DNA of 64,000 nucleotides from Promethearchaeota archaeon (lineage in GTDB: Archaea > Asgardarchaeota > Heimdallarchaeia > Hodarchaeales > Hodarchaeaceae). Both the position numbers and the translations under genes were made by a program. Each line of letters begins with the position of its first letter. Positions within the stretch are counted from its first letter, which is position 1. The DNA is taken from contig JBHLMN010000022.1 in the NCBI GenBank assembly GCA_048938105.1, forward strand, positions 44,170 to 108,169, written 5' to 3'. Positions 1 through 9,930 of the stretch are shown here, piece after piece. The notes beneath the pieces are model-generated. The model made no database searches. It was not told where the DNA came from and saw nothing but the letters and a program-made list of their open reading frames with translations.

Positions 1-984
1 AACACCATTACTAACAATTTCATTTCCAACTGTGCATCATATGCTATTTCTATTCAGGGTGCCTCAGATCTCAATAATGTGACACATAACACTGTTTTTA
101 ACAGTGATAGTAGTGGTATTTGGTTGGAATCAGCTTTCAACACTACACTTCTAAACAATACTATTTCTACCAGCGGTTACGACGGTATTGAGCTATTAGC
201 CTCTGATTATAACGACATTTTTAACAATACGATAATAAATAGTACTCGTTATGGCATTAGTCTTATTGGTGGTTCGGCTTGGAATCTCATAGAGTGGAAT
301 GATTTCATCAACAACAAAGGTCAAACCTCTCAGGCTCTTGATGATGTTTCCTTATCTAATACAACTTTCAATTACAACTATTGGGGTGATTGGACAAGCC
401 CCGACAGTGAACCTAATGGTATTGTTGACCATCCATACTTGATCGATGGTAATGCAAATAACAACGACCCCTATCCATTAACATCTCCAAACAATCCCAT
501 CACAGATCATTCCCTCTCTATCCCTATAGTTTTATATCCTAACGGTGGCGAAACAATCAGTGGTACTATTGAGATCGAGTGGTCGGCAGCAAGCGATACA
601 TGGGGACATCTGATTACTTATACGGTTTATTATTCAGCTGATGGTGGAACAACTTGGAACGAATTGGCCTCTGGTTTAACGACTACCTCTTATGACTGGG
701 ATACTACCACAGTAGCCGATGGAACCGATTATTTAGTCAAAGTTAATGCTACCTGTGTTGAAGATTTATGGAAAGAGGATATGTCTGATGGCAAATTCTC
801 AATTGATAATCCCGAACCTACAACAACGACTTCTACTACAACAACACCTATCATAACAACTTCTACTACAACAACAACCACTTCCGAAACTGGTGCTACT
901 TCAGGTTGGACATTTTCCATTCTTCTTCTATCAGTGTTAACTGTACTAGTATTGAAAAGAGGAATGAAACCAAAATCCAGCTAA
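1..984 (+). CDS. NosD/CASH parallel beta-helix surface protein with PNGGE Ig-like domain, Thr-rich linker and C-terminal TM anchor (5' truncated by window)
   Basis: Frame is open from base 1; N-rich PbH1 repeats, NYWGDW..PD motif, YPNGGE domain, poly-Thr, hydrophobic tail followed by KR. Confidence 0.85.
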   Translation, partial: NTITNNFISNCASYAISIQGASDLNNVTHNTVFNSDSSGIWLESAFNTTLLNNTISTSGYDGIELLASDYNDIFNNTIINSTRYGISLIGGSAWNLIEWNDFINNKGQTSQALDDVSLSNTTFNYNYWGDWTSPDSEPNGIVDHPYLIDGNANNNDPYPLTSPNNPITDHSLSIPIVLYPNGGETISGTIEIEWSAASDTWGHLITYTVYYSADGGTTWNELASGLTTTSYDWDTTTVADGTDYLVKVNATCVEDLWKEDMSDGKFSIDNPEPTTTTSTTTTPIITTSTTTTTTSETGATSGWTFSILLLSVLTVLVLKRGMKPKSS

Positions 985-1280
985 CATCTTCCTTCTTCTC
1001 CTCCTTTTTTATTTTAAACAATCCCTATTTACAGTATTATACTTGTTTCTTTTGGAAATACACTTTTTTCCTCTAAATAAATCATTTAGCGGGAAAACTC
1101 ACTTTCTCATTCTATAACTTAAATGCCAATTTCAAATTTGCATGAAATATGATTTCTATTGTCTAAAGTGCTTTTTTAGGGGGAAATTGAAGAGAAAAGA
1201 GAATTATTTCATTCGAGAATTATTCAAATAGTGATTCTCAAAGGTCTTGATTTGTGAATCAACCCCTTTTTTGTATCGGT

Positions 1281-1313
1281 GTTTAATTACTCATGAAAAT
1301 CCGAATTGAAATC
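1281..1313 (+). repeat. Partial copy of the GTPase/HerA junction core (spacer + right arm + start of GTPase 3' end)
   Basis: gtttaatt-actcatgaaaat-ccgaattgaaatc matches gcttattt-actcatgaaaat-tcagaatgaaattc of other copies. Confidence 0.65.
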
Positions 1314-1788
1314 AGCAGGAAGAATAAACATTATTATGTGGAGCCAGTTTTTATTGAGAATTTCTTCAACAATTTTGCTTCATCATTGACCTTTGTCTGA
1401 TCTAGTTCATCTACAGATATTCCAAAGAGAGAAATTTCAACAGTATCGCTATCAAACCATGCGAAGGTGATAACGGTTGAGTGCGTCGTTTTGATAGGTT
1501 TCATTATTTTGTACGACAGTAATGACGACATTATCCTTCTTTCTGCCAGTGTCAGCTTGGCGATGAGCCGCAATGATCGCCTCTAATCGATAGTGTCTAT
1601 CGATCACGAGAACTCACCTATACTAAAATGGTTCTTCTTAACAAATATAACAAAAAGTCCATATATCAATGTGAAATAGTAAGTTCCCACAGGATTAAAT
1701 TAGTTGTGCTTTAATGACTTATTTATTAATGATTAATGTCCATTTTGGAAAAATTAAATAAGAAGCAGTCTAGAAAATATTATATTCT

Positions 1789-4674
1789 TTGGAATTTACT
1801 AAATGTGATAGGTTCAATCACTTTCTTCTTATGAAATGTGGACAGGGTGATAAAATGGGACGAGGTCACACTTTTAAGGAGAAAACAAGAATATTATTGC
1901 AAGTGTTACGAATTAATCTCAAGAAATCCTTGATAACACTTGTTGGAATGACAATTGCACTTGCAATAATCACCGCAAGTCTAATTTACTTGGAATCAAA
2001 TGAAATAGACTATTATATAGGAGTTTTAAAGAACTCAGAGTTTGAAAAGCAGCTCATATTTCATGTTTATGGAGATTCAGAGGGAAATTACTCTTTTAAA
2101 GACATCACTTTGATTCAAAACGCTGTTAATGAAAAAATTACAGAATTTAACTTGAATAATACTATTATTCAATCAAACTATCCATTTCAATGTAGAATGA
2201 ACAGAAAAATACTGTTTCGAAACACAAGTGAATTGCATTATTTTCGTGGAATCAGTATGGATGAGTCTATAATCAAAGATTGTGTGAAAGGGAGTAAAAT
2301 TCCAGGTACACCCGATGAAGTGCTTATTTTTATACCTAGTAATGACCCAATTGAGCTAGATATAAACGAGACTATCCATTTTTCACTCTTCTATGAGGAA
2401 AACAATAACGAAAAATCACACAATATTAGTCTGAAAATTTCAGGAATGTTAACTGCTTCAAGTATTCGTTCTTCCTCTCAATTATGGTATATGGTGAGTG
2501 AGCATAATAGAATTCAAATCATCATGAACATAAAGCAGTACTTAGAGTTACTGAACACCTTAAGGACACTATCTGATGAAACTATTTCAAATAGGCTCGA
2601 GTTGTATTATTCCTTTGACTTTTCCACGGTGAATCACCAAAATGCCATCCAAATAATTGATAGATTACTTGAATTCGGTCGGATGGGTTGGGATTTTCAA
2701 ATTCAGGTTGTGACTCCTCGTGAATCAACGTGGTATGATATTTACATATCTTCAATGTCATGGTATTATATGATTCAAGATAGTGTTAGTAAATTTAGTA
2801 TGTTTTTCTTCCTTTTTACAGTCCTTTGTATTCCTGCTTTTATCATCACCTTTCTGTTAGTGAATTTTTCACTTGGAGTAATCAATGAAGGCAGAAGAAA
2901 AACCCTTACTCTATATAAAATGAGAGGGGTTTCGAAAAAATTTATTTTAACCATGTTATGTGTGGAAATATTGAGCCTTGCATTTATTGCCTCAATATTA
3001 GGATTAATTCTGGGATTACCTGTTTATTTCTTGATATCAACTACAACTGGCTATCTGAGCTTCGATTTGACAAAATGGCCAAATTTTACAATCGTTTCTC
3101 AAGCTACTGTTACGACTGTAATTGGATTCAGTTTGTGTTTCACCTTCCTTTTACATCTTAGTGCAATAATCAAGCTCGTTAATGCAAGAATTGTCCATTT
3201 GGAAGAAGAGGCAAGTAAGAAGAAAAAACGGAAGAGAGGAACTATCCGTCAAAATATTGATATTTTCTTACTATCTCAAGGAATAATTGGTATTCTTCTT
3301 CTCAACCTACTAATGGAAATTTTATATGAGACTGGTATGATAGAGAGTGGATTAGCTGTTTACTTTATGGGATTTATTTTCATATTTGCCTTTTTAAGTC
3401 CATTATCTCTCTTAGTTGGATTCATTTTCGCATTTAATAGATTAATGCCAGTCATGTTGGAAAAATTAGGTGGTTTATTATGGAAAAAGGACTTTAAATT
3501 TCTGGCTGTGGCAACTCGTAACTTATTTGTGAACATAAAGTTAACCACACGTACAACCCTGCTAATAGCTGTTACTGTCAGTTTTTTAATGATTTTGTCT
3601 TCGCTTCCCCTCTCATTAAATCAACATATCATTAATACGACTTATTATAAGGCTGGAAGTGATCTTGTTATTCAAACATGGGATTTGGTTGATGAAAATG
3701 CTATTAGGAATCTTTCAACCAAATTACATGAACTTCCTGGTTTAACTACGACGCTTGTTTCATTTAATGATTATGGGGAAATTGAAATTATGGGTATTGA
3801 AGATAATTTTGATAATGTGGCATTTTGGAAGTCACATTATGCAAAACAACCCCTCAGTAATCTCGTATCAGCACTTTATAGCTCTAAAAGTCAATTTCCA
3901 GTAATTATTGACTCCTCTTCCGCGAGAATTGAAAAGATAACTGTCAATGATAATTATCTTCTCAACTTAGATAATCAAAATCCTCTGAGCTTGACAATTG
4001 TAAGTAAAACAGACTATTGGCCAGGGTTAATTGAGAGACATCGGGATGAGGAAAGATTTCTAATTATTAAAATATCAAATTATTTTGATTTGATAAGCGA
4101 GGATGATTCCTATATTTGGTGTAAAATCGATCCAAGTTTCGATAAGGATGAAGTTCTTGAACAGGCTAAAAATGTAACCCTGGGATTAGGGGTCGATATT
4201 AGGAGCTTTCATCCTACCACTGAAAAATTAGATTTAGATCCAAAGTCTCTTGAAGTGAATTTTCTTTGGATCATCACAAATTTTAATTTCCTTGTTGCTC
4301 TCTTAGTGTTATTACTCTTTTTATTTTTGTTTACAATAACACGTATCACAAACCAATTGAAAGAAATTGGATTAAGTAGAGCATTAGGAATGAAATTTCA
4401 CCAAATCTTTCTCCTAATGTTCATTGAACCCTTTCTATTGGTTTTAATAAGTGGTTTACCAGGAGGATTAATCGGTTTAGGATTATTAATGACCGTCATA
4501 AATTTCGGTCAAGGACCCCCATTCAGCTATGATCCTCCATTCATTTTAATGATTGATTTTCCATCTATTTTCCTTATTTTTGGCTCAATTTTAATCACAG
4601 CAGTCATGTCTGGATTTATTACCTCGTACCGAGCAACTAGAGCCGATGTGTCTAAGATTCTCAAAGTGGAGTGA
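1789..4674 (+). CDS. FtsX/MacB-type ABC transporter permease (true start may be 1855)
   Basis: Two FtsX TM domains (RRKTLTLYKMRG; KEIGLSRALG) with extracellular loops. Confidence 0.85.
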   Translation: MEFTKCDRFNHFLLMKCGQGDKMGRGHTFKEKTRILLQVLRINLKKSLITLVGMTIALAIITASLIYLESNEIDYYIGVLKNSEFEKQLIFHVYGDSEGNYSFKDITLIQNAVNEKITEFNLNNTIIQSNYPFQCRMNRKILFRNTSELHYFRGISMDESIIKDCVKGSKIPGTPDEVLIFIPSNDPIELDINETIHFSLFYEENNNEKSHNISLKISGMLTASSIRSSSQLWYMVSEHNRIQIIMNIKQYLELLNTLRTLSDETISNRLELYYSFDFSTVNHQNAIQIIDRLLEFGRMGWDFQIQVVTPRESTWYDIYISSMSWYYMIQDSVSKFSMFFFLFTVLCIPAFIITFLLVNFSLGVINEGRRKTLTLYKMRGVSKKFILTMLCVEILSLAFIASILGLILGLPVYFLISTTTGYLSFDLTKWPNFTIVSQATVTTVIGFSLCFTFLLHLSAIIKLVNARIVHLEEEASKKKKRKRGTIRQNIDIFLLSQGIIGILLLNLLMEILYETGMIESGLAVYFMGFIFIFAFLSPLSLLVGFIFAFNRLMPVMLEKLGGLLWKKDFKFLAVATRNLFVNIKLTTRTTLLIAVTVSFLMILSSLPLSLNQHIINTTYYKAGSDLVIQTWDLVDENAIRNLSTKLHELPGLTTTLVSFNDYGEIEIMGIEDNFDNVAFWKSHYAKQPLSNLVSALYSSKSQFPVIIDSSSARIEKITVNDNYLLNLDNQNPLSLTIVSKTDYWPGLIERHRDEERFLIIKISNYFDLISEDDSYIWCKIDPSFDKDEVLEQAKNVTLGLGVDIRSFHPTTEKLDLDPKSLEVNFLWIITNFNFLVALLVLLLFLFLFTITRITNQLKEIGLSRALGMKFHQIFLLMFIEPFLLVLISGLPGGLIGLGLLMTVINFGQGPPFSYDPPFILMIDFPSIFLIFGSILITAVMSGFITSYRATRADVSKILKVE

Positions 4675-5564
4675 GTGTAATGTTGTTAGAATGTAAAGAT
4701 CTAATTAAAATTTATCCTTCTCCAGTTGAAGGTTTGATGTTCCCAGCACTACGAGGACTTGATCTTAAGGTACAAATGGGTGAATTAATTTCGTTAATTG
4801 GCCCTTCAGGGGCAGGAAAATCCACTCTTTTACGACTTATTTGCACATTCGATCAACCTAGTTCTGGAGAAATCCGGTTTGATGGAAAACTAGTGAATAC
4901 TTTCACAGACTCCGAATTAGAGGATTATCGGTTGAATGAGGTTGGTGTCATGTATCAAGCTCCTGAAGACAATCTTATCTGGAGTTTTGATTCACTACAG
5001 AATGTTATGTTACCAATGCGTTATTCAGGTAAATTTGGAGGAAATGAAAAAGATAGAGCCAACGAATTATTGGAAAAAGTTGGATTAAAAGGTAAGGGCC
5101 ATCGAAAACCATCACAGCTTTCTGGAGGTGAGCAACAACGAGTCGCGATTGCTGTTGCCCTCGCAAATAATCCCAAACTCCTTTTAGCTGATGAACCTAC
5201 TGGCGAGTTGGATAGTGGTACCACAGCTGTAATTATTGATTATTTCAAGCAATTAAATACTGATGATGGATTAACAATTCTAGTTGCAACTCATGATAAA
5301 CGCTTTGTGAAAATGACAAACAGAACCTATAAAATTTTAGATGGAAGGTTAACAACATATCATATTAGGTCTAAGAAGTCACTTGAGATTGATCTCGAAG
5401 AAGAAATCGTAATTGTGGACTCTCAGGGCAATCTGAGATTACCTCGTGAAGTTTTCCATCAATTCAAAGACTTAACAGCAGTTAAAGTCCAAGTTAAGAA
5501 TGGGAAAATCGAGTTGATTCCATTTATTGATAAACTTAAGAAAAATCAGAGGGATCAGAAATAA
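4671..5564 (+). CDS. ABC transporter ATP-binding protein (LolD/MacB-like) with AbrB-like C-terminal extension
   Basis: [28 protein letters not shown]; C-terminal [10 protein letters not shown]. Confidence 0.92.
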   Translation: MSVMLLECKDLIKIYPSPVEGLMFPALRGLDLKVQMGELISLIGPSGAGKSTLLRLICTFDQPSSGEIRFDGKLVNTFTDSELEDYRLNEVGVMYQAPEDNLIWSFDSLQNVMLPMRYSGKFGGNEKDRANELLEKVGLKGKGHRKPSQLSGGEQQRVAIAVALANNPKLLLADEPTGELDSGTTAVIIDYFKQLNTDDGLTILVATHDKRFVKMTNRTYKILDGRLTTYHIRSKKSLEIDLEEEIVIVDSQGNLRLPREVFHQFKDLTAVKVQVKNGKIELIPFIDKLKKNQRDQK

Positions 5565-6250
5565 CTGTTAATAAAGCTCTTTATAATTTACAACAGGTGT
5601 ACCGATGGTATGAAAGTAATGTGGAGGTCGTAAAAGCCGTTGATGGTATCGATCTTCAGATCCGTGCGGGAGAATTTGTTGCAATTTTAGGTCCTTCAGG
5701 TTCAGGTAAAACTACATTACTCAACCTTTTGGCTGGACTTGATAAAACCACAGGGGGAACAATTGTGTTTAATGATTTAAATATGAATAGATTAAGTGAT
5801 TCAGCTATCTGTGATCTTAGAAGACATGAAATAGGTATCATTTTTCAGTTCTATAATATGCATCCTTCGCTAACTGCCCAGGAAAATATTGAATATCCTA
5901 TGTTGATAGCAGATATTCCTGCAAGTCAAAGAAACCAACGAGCTACAAATTTACTTAAAAAAATCGGTCTTTTTGGCAAAAAAGATAATTTTCCTACTGA
6001 ATTGTCAGGTGGAGAAAAACAACGAATTGGGATCGCTCGTGCCTTAGCGAATAATCCTCAGGTTATTATTGCTGATGAACCTACTGGAGATCTCGATTCA
6101 GAAACTGCTGAAGATATCATTAAATTATTGTTAAAAGTGAATAAACAGGGGACTACAATCATTATGGTTACTCATGATGAATCCCTCTTAACAGAGGATA
6201 TGCGAATTTTACACTTAGTTGATGGAAAAATAATAAATGAGAAGAAGTAA
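5561..6250 (+). CDS. Second ABC transporter ATP-binding protein (track start 5597; probable ATA start at 5561)
   Basis: GPSGSGKT, LSGGEKQR, IIADEPTG, VTHD; frame is open upstream to ATA overlapping the previous TAA. Confidence 0.88.
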   Translation: MTVNKALYNLQQVYRWYESNVEVVKAVDGIDLQIRAGEFVAILGPSGSGKTTLLNLLAGLDKTTGGTIVFNDLNMNRLSDSAICDLRRHEIGIIFQFYNMHPSLTAQENIEYPMLIADIPASQRNQRATNLLKKIGLFGKKDNFPTELSGGEKQRIGIARALANNPQVIIADEPTGDLDSETAEDIIKLLLKVNKQGTTIIMVTHDESLLTEDMRILHLVDGKIINEKK

Positions 6251-6360
6251 ATTAGACTATTCATGTGACATATTGAATGAATAGATATAGAAGTAAAGAA
6301 ACTTCAGAAGAAGTAGAGGAGTGGCGATGATACCTTCGTTGAATTTAATAAACAGGACTT

Positions 6361-6561
6361 GTGAACTTGAATAAGAAAAAAGGTGTCGGAGTAATTCTAT
6401 CTGTAATTGGAATTATTATAATGTTTATTACTAGTTCTATAGAAAGAGAGTTTCTTTCATTTGAACAATTTCTTTGGATATCATCTGGATTAATTTTGGG
6501 AATTGGTCTTTCTCTTCTTTTTTCCTTCTCTTTATTCCAAAAAAAAGAAGGCAATTCTTGA
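6361..6561 (+). CDS. Small two-TM membrane protein
   Basis: Two hydrophobic helices; a decayed second copy lies at 13330-13530. Confidence 0.65.
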   Translation: MNLNKKKGVGVILSVIGIIIMFITSSIEREFLSFEQFLWISSGLILGIGLSLLFSFSLFQKKEGNS

Positions 6562-6718
6562 TAGTAATAGATTGTTAAGATCCCAGTTATAGAAGATGTC
6601 TGTTATTGTCCTCTTTTTCTTGGAATCGCTATCAAAAATCAAAAAAAGTAAATGGATTGGAACACCTTTTTGAAAGAATATCTTTGGTAAATAAGATTCT
6701 ACTCCTCTATAACACCTC

Positions 6719-7723
6719 TCAATACCGATAAGAGCGTTCTCCTAAAATCTCATCTATTTGATTCATTTGATCGTTTTTCAGTGGACCGAATTCCATTGCC
6801 CCAATATTATCTTTAATCTGCTGAGTTGTTTTAAAACCTGGTATAGGTATTGTCTTCTCACTTCTACCCCAGACCCATGATAATGCACCTTGAGCTAGAG
6901 TCCGTCCATCAGTTGTAAGAACATTTTTCACGAGATCAAGTTTTTCAAGCCACTCTGGAGCTGGAAACCCATTTTTAAAGTATTTCATCCATTCTGGCTC
7001 ATTACCGCGGATATCATCCTTGGGTAACTTCGTCTTTCTGCTATATTTGCCAGTTAATAGTCCCATAGCAAGAGCAGTTCGATTAATACTAGCTAAATTG
7101 TGTTCTTCACAAATTGCTATAATTTCAGAACCTTCAACTAGAACATTTAGCTCTTGTTGAATAGCTGAACAATTATCATGTTGTGCAAAAAATTCAGCAT
7201 TTTTTGTCACATCAGTGCTCCACCCATATGTTTTAATTAACCCATCGTCTATAAGAGTCTCTAGAACTTCTACAACTTTTCTTGCTTCCTCAAGCTCAAT
7301 TGTCCACAAATGAAGTTGATAAAGATCAATGTAATCCGTATTTAACCTTTTTAATGAAGCCTGGCAAGCTTGTCGGATATATTCGGGAGAAATGTTAGTT
7401 CCAGTCATTTGTTTGCTCTTTTCATCAAATGTATTCCCAAATTTGGTTGCAATTACCATATCATTTCTTTCATATCCTTCTAAAGCTCGACCCAATACAG
7501 TTTCACTATGTCCTGCTCCATACACATCTGCTGTGTCGAAAAAATTTACTCCTAAATCAATTGCTCTTTGAATTGCTTTAATTGATTCATTATCGTCAAT
7601 ATTTCCCCAACCGTGAGGTTTGTCTCCAGTCCAAAATGGACCACCGATTGCCCAACATCCAAGACCTAAAGCACTAACTTCAATCCCCGATCTACCAATT
7701 TTTCTCTTCATAACAGAGGTCAT
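6719..7723 (-). CDS. Aldo/keto reductase
   Basis: GLGCWAIGG, FFDTADVYG, IATKFG, IDLYQLH, IPIPG motifs. Confidence 0.95.
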   Translation of the reverse strand: MTSVMKRKIGRSGIEVSALGLGCWAIGGPFWTGDKPHGWGNIDDNESIKAIQRAIDLGVNFFDTADVYGAGHSETVLGRALEGYERNDMVIATKFGNTFDEKSKQMTGTNISPEYIRQACQASLKRLNTDYIDLYQLHLWTIELEEARKVVEVLETLIDDGLIKTYGWSTDVTKNAEFFAQHDNCSAIQQELNVLVEGSEIIAICEEHNLASINRTALAMGLLTGKYSRKTKLPKDDIRGNEPEWMKYFKNGFPAPEWLEKLDLVKNVLTTDGRTLAQGALSWVWGRSEKTIPIPGFKTTQQIKDNIGAMEFGPLKNDQMNQIDEILGERSYRY

Positions 7724-8159
7724 GATTTCTCACATTAGTCAATTATCATCAATCTTTCTTAAATATCTCAGTTAATATTGGTTTTGATATAAACATATTT
7801 TTTCTCTATTCTATTACTAAAGATACTAAATATTCTGGAAGATATGTTACCTGAAGAAAAAAAATGTCTAAAAAATAAAGGAGTTGAAAGTATAAAGTAA
7901 TTTCGGTTAAAAAAAGTAAAATTAGATGTATTTTGATATGAGTACTGTTAATCTTTATTGTTCAGAATGATACCTTGAATCTTAGATATCTAGAGGCTTT
8001 GAATGCAATTGAGTAATTTTCTAAAGGAAATATTAGAGATAAATGTTATCTAGGAATGGATTATTTGGCAATATTCGCACACTAAAATTCCAAGAAAACT
8101 TGAAGATCAGTAAATAAATAGATGATTGAAAAAAAAGAAGAGGAGAACCGACAGGGAAT

Positions 8160-8717
8160 TTATGGTACGAGGACTGTGGTGTAAAGATCCCACCGAGTAA
8201 GGACGGTTGTGTGGAAGGCTAAGACCCCAACATATAACTGGGTCTCGGCTTGAAGCGGAAAGCGAGATTGAAACTCAAGGCGAACCTCCTCGTGTGCTGA
8301 AAGGCGGAAATCACCAAAGAGGACTGTGGTACATTCGACGTTTTGGATATCACCTAACGACTCATTGAACTCTACCAAGTCATCTTTCAGACATACAAAC
8401 ACCTTTGCAATCTGAAATAGATCGTTTTCTGGGATGGGAAATCCACCATAGCTATTAAAGTCACAATAAACTGTGAAACGGATTGTCCCGTTGGTATACA
8501 CTTCTTCATCAGTTAGAATAAGGCCGAAACTGGCCCGTGGGCCATATGGGTCCTCAGTTTCATCATTGCTTGTTTGTAACCCATGAATATACAAGTTAAT
8601 CAAAGCTGTTGTGCTGATGGTTAGGATAATCACCAGTGCTCCGACACTGATGACTTTTGTGCGGGAACTCGCTTTCTGCCATTGAGCTGTTAATTTACGG
8701 ACTTGAGACCATTTCAT
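8160..8717 (-). CDS. Hypothetical N-terminally anchored membrane protein
   Basis: 185 aa ORF with one N-terminal TM helix. Confidence 0.6.
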   Translation of the reverse strand: MKWSQVRKLTAQWQKASSRTKVISVGALVIILTISTTALINLYIHGLQTSNDETEDPYGPRASFGLILTDEEVYTNGTIRFTVYCDFNSYGGFPIPENDLFQIAKVFVCLKDDLVEFNESLGDIQNVECTTVLFGDFRLSAHEEVRLEFQSRFPLQAETQLYVGVLAFHTTVLTRWDLYTTVLVP

Positions 8718-8800
8718 CCTGATCTACCCCAAAGAATTCATTATACGAGTATGTAAACGAGGGCATCCCAAGCATCAATAATACTATGTCCATAATAATT

Positions 8801-9289
8801 TTAAATATTCTGTTCCCGAAGTTTAATGATTTTTTCCTTAAATTCTGGATCCACTGGATTCAAAATAGGGATGATTTCTAAGTTCCCACGAAAATCACTG
8901 TCAAAAGTAATAAACGACTTAACCTGGGAAGCTAAGGCGATAGCTGCATGTAACGCATCAGCTGCGTAAAGATTGTGGTCAAAAATTTGTTTTCGGGATG
9001 CCATGATAGCAGATCGTGTTACAGGGATTATCTTTAGCACTTTTTCTTCAACCATTTCTCCGAGTTCAGAGAGGAAGAAATCCAAAGCTAATTTTGCAGC
9101 TTTTTCTTCAATCTTCCCGAGATTGGCTTGTTTTTTTAAAGCACGAAACATTTCAAGTATAGTCCATTCACAAGTAATCCCCTGAAAGTTAGGAGTCAAT
9201 TGATTAAGTAACCAGTCTGCAAGAGCATTATTTTCAACAGGACAGTAGGCATTATAAAAAATATTTGTATCTAAATACACCCCCATCAT
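8801..9289 (-). CDS. vapC: PIN-domain (VapC-like) toxin
   Basis: VYLDTN, E, YAADALHAAIA, FITFD acidic PIN motifs; overlaps upstream RHH gene by 4 nt. Confidence 0.88.
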   Translation of the reverse strand: MMGVYLDTNIFYNAYCPVENNALADWLLNQLTPNFQGITCEWTILEMFRALKKQANLGKIEEKAAKLALDFFLSELGEMVEEKVLKIIPVTRSAIMASRKQIFDHNLYAADALHAAIALASQVKSFITFDSDFRGNLEIIPILNPVDPEFKEKIIKLREQNI

Positions 9290-9522
9290 TCTTCTCCTCG
9301 TACCGATCGAATAACTTCAACTCCATCTTGAAACGGCCCCTTCTGTTTACTTTGCAGATATTCTTTCAATTCTTTACGGTTTTTAATTCCTAACTTGTCT
9401 TTAATATAAACATATATGCCGCCACGAACCGCTTCACTTCTAGAATTGATAATCCCGTCTTTTATCAGTTGGTCAATCCACTCTAAAAGCTCCTCATCAA
9501 TAGAAATGGAGATACTTGTCAT
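9286..9522 (-). CDS. Ribbon-helix-helix (CopG/NikR-like) antitoxin
   Basis: SISISIDEELLEWIDQL...SRSEAVR RHH pattern; translationally coupled to PIN gene. Confidence 0.85.
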   Translation of the reverse strand: MTSISISIDEELLEWIDQLIKDGIINSRSEAVRGGIYVYIKDKLGIKNRKELKEYLQSKQKGPFQDGVEVIRSVRGEE

Positions 9523-9712
9523 AATTGCACCTTAGAATTAGTACTATCTGAAATGCTATTATATTAATAATACAAAATCAGTATCATTAAAATGTTACTA
9601 TTACAATTTAATTTTCATCTAAATCAGGAGCATAGATCCTCGAACACTTAAATCAAGGAATAGCATTTGATTAGGCTTGGAAAAAATCCGTTTCTTGGGG
9701 CATCAATGAAAT

Positions 9713-9800
9713 GGATTAAATTGTTAAGTTGTAAGGGAGGATGTCTTGTAATTCTTGGATTTCGGCAATTTGAACCAGATTCACATGTATCAGGGGATTA
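9713..9800 (-). pseudogene. 3'-end relic of the LRR gene at 45407-46753
   Basis: 88 bp ungapped similarity to 45404-45491. Confidence 0.8.
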
Positions 9801-9930
9801 CACTGAGGAAGTCAAGGAGTCATTCATTGATCAATACAAGGATAGGATCGAGAGTACTAGCTGTGAATTAACAGATCTGTGCAATTAAACCCAAGTCCAA
9901 AGATGAATTTTCTACAGAAATCAGATTTTG

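Noticed and set aside
820-890. ACA-rich tandem repeat
   Set aside because: Simply encodes the Thr-rich linker of the surface protein
9667-9888. Similar small ORFs 9667-9888 and 45247-45504 as a gene family
   Set aside because: Their similarity is the antisense reading of the LRR gene 3' end
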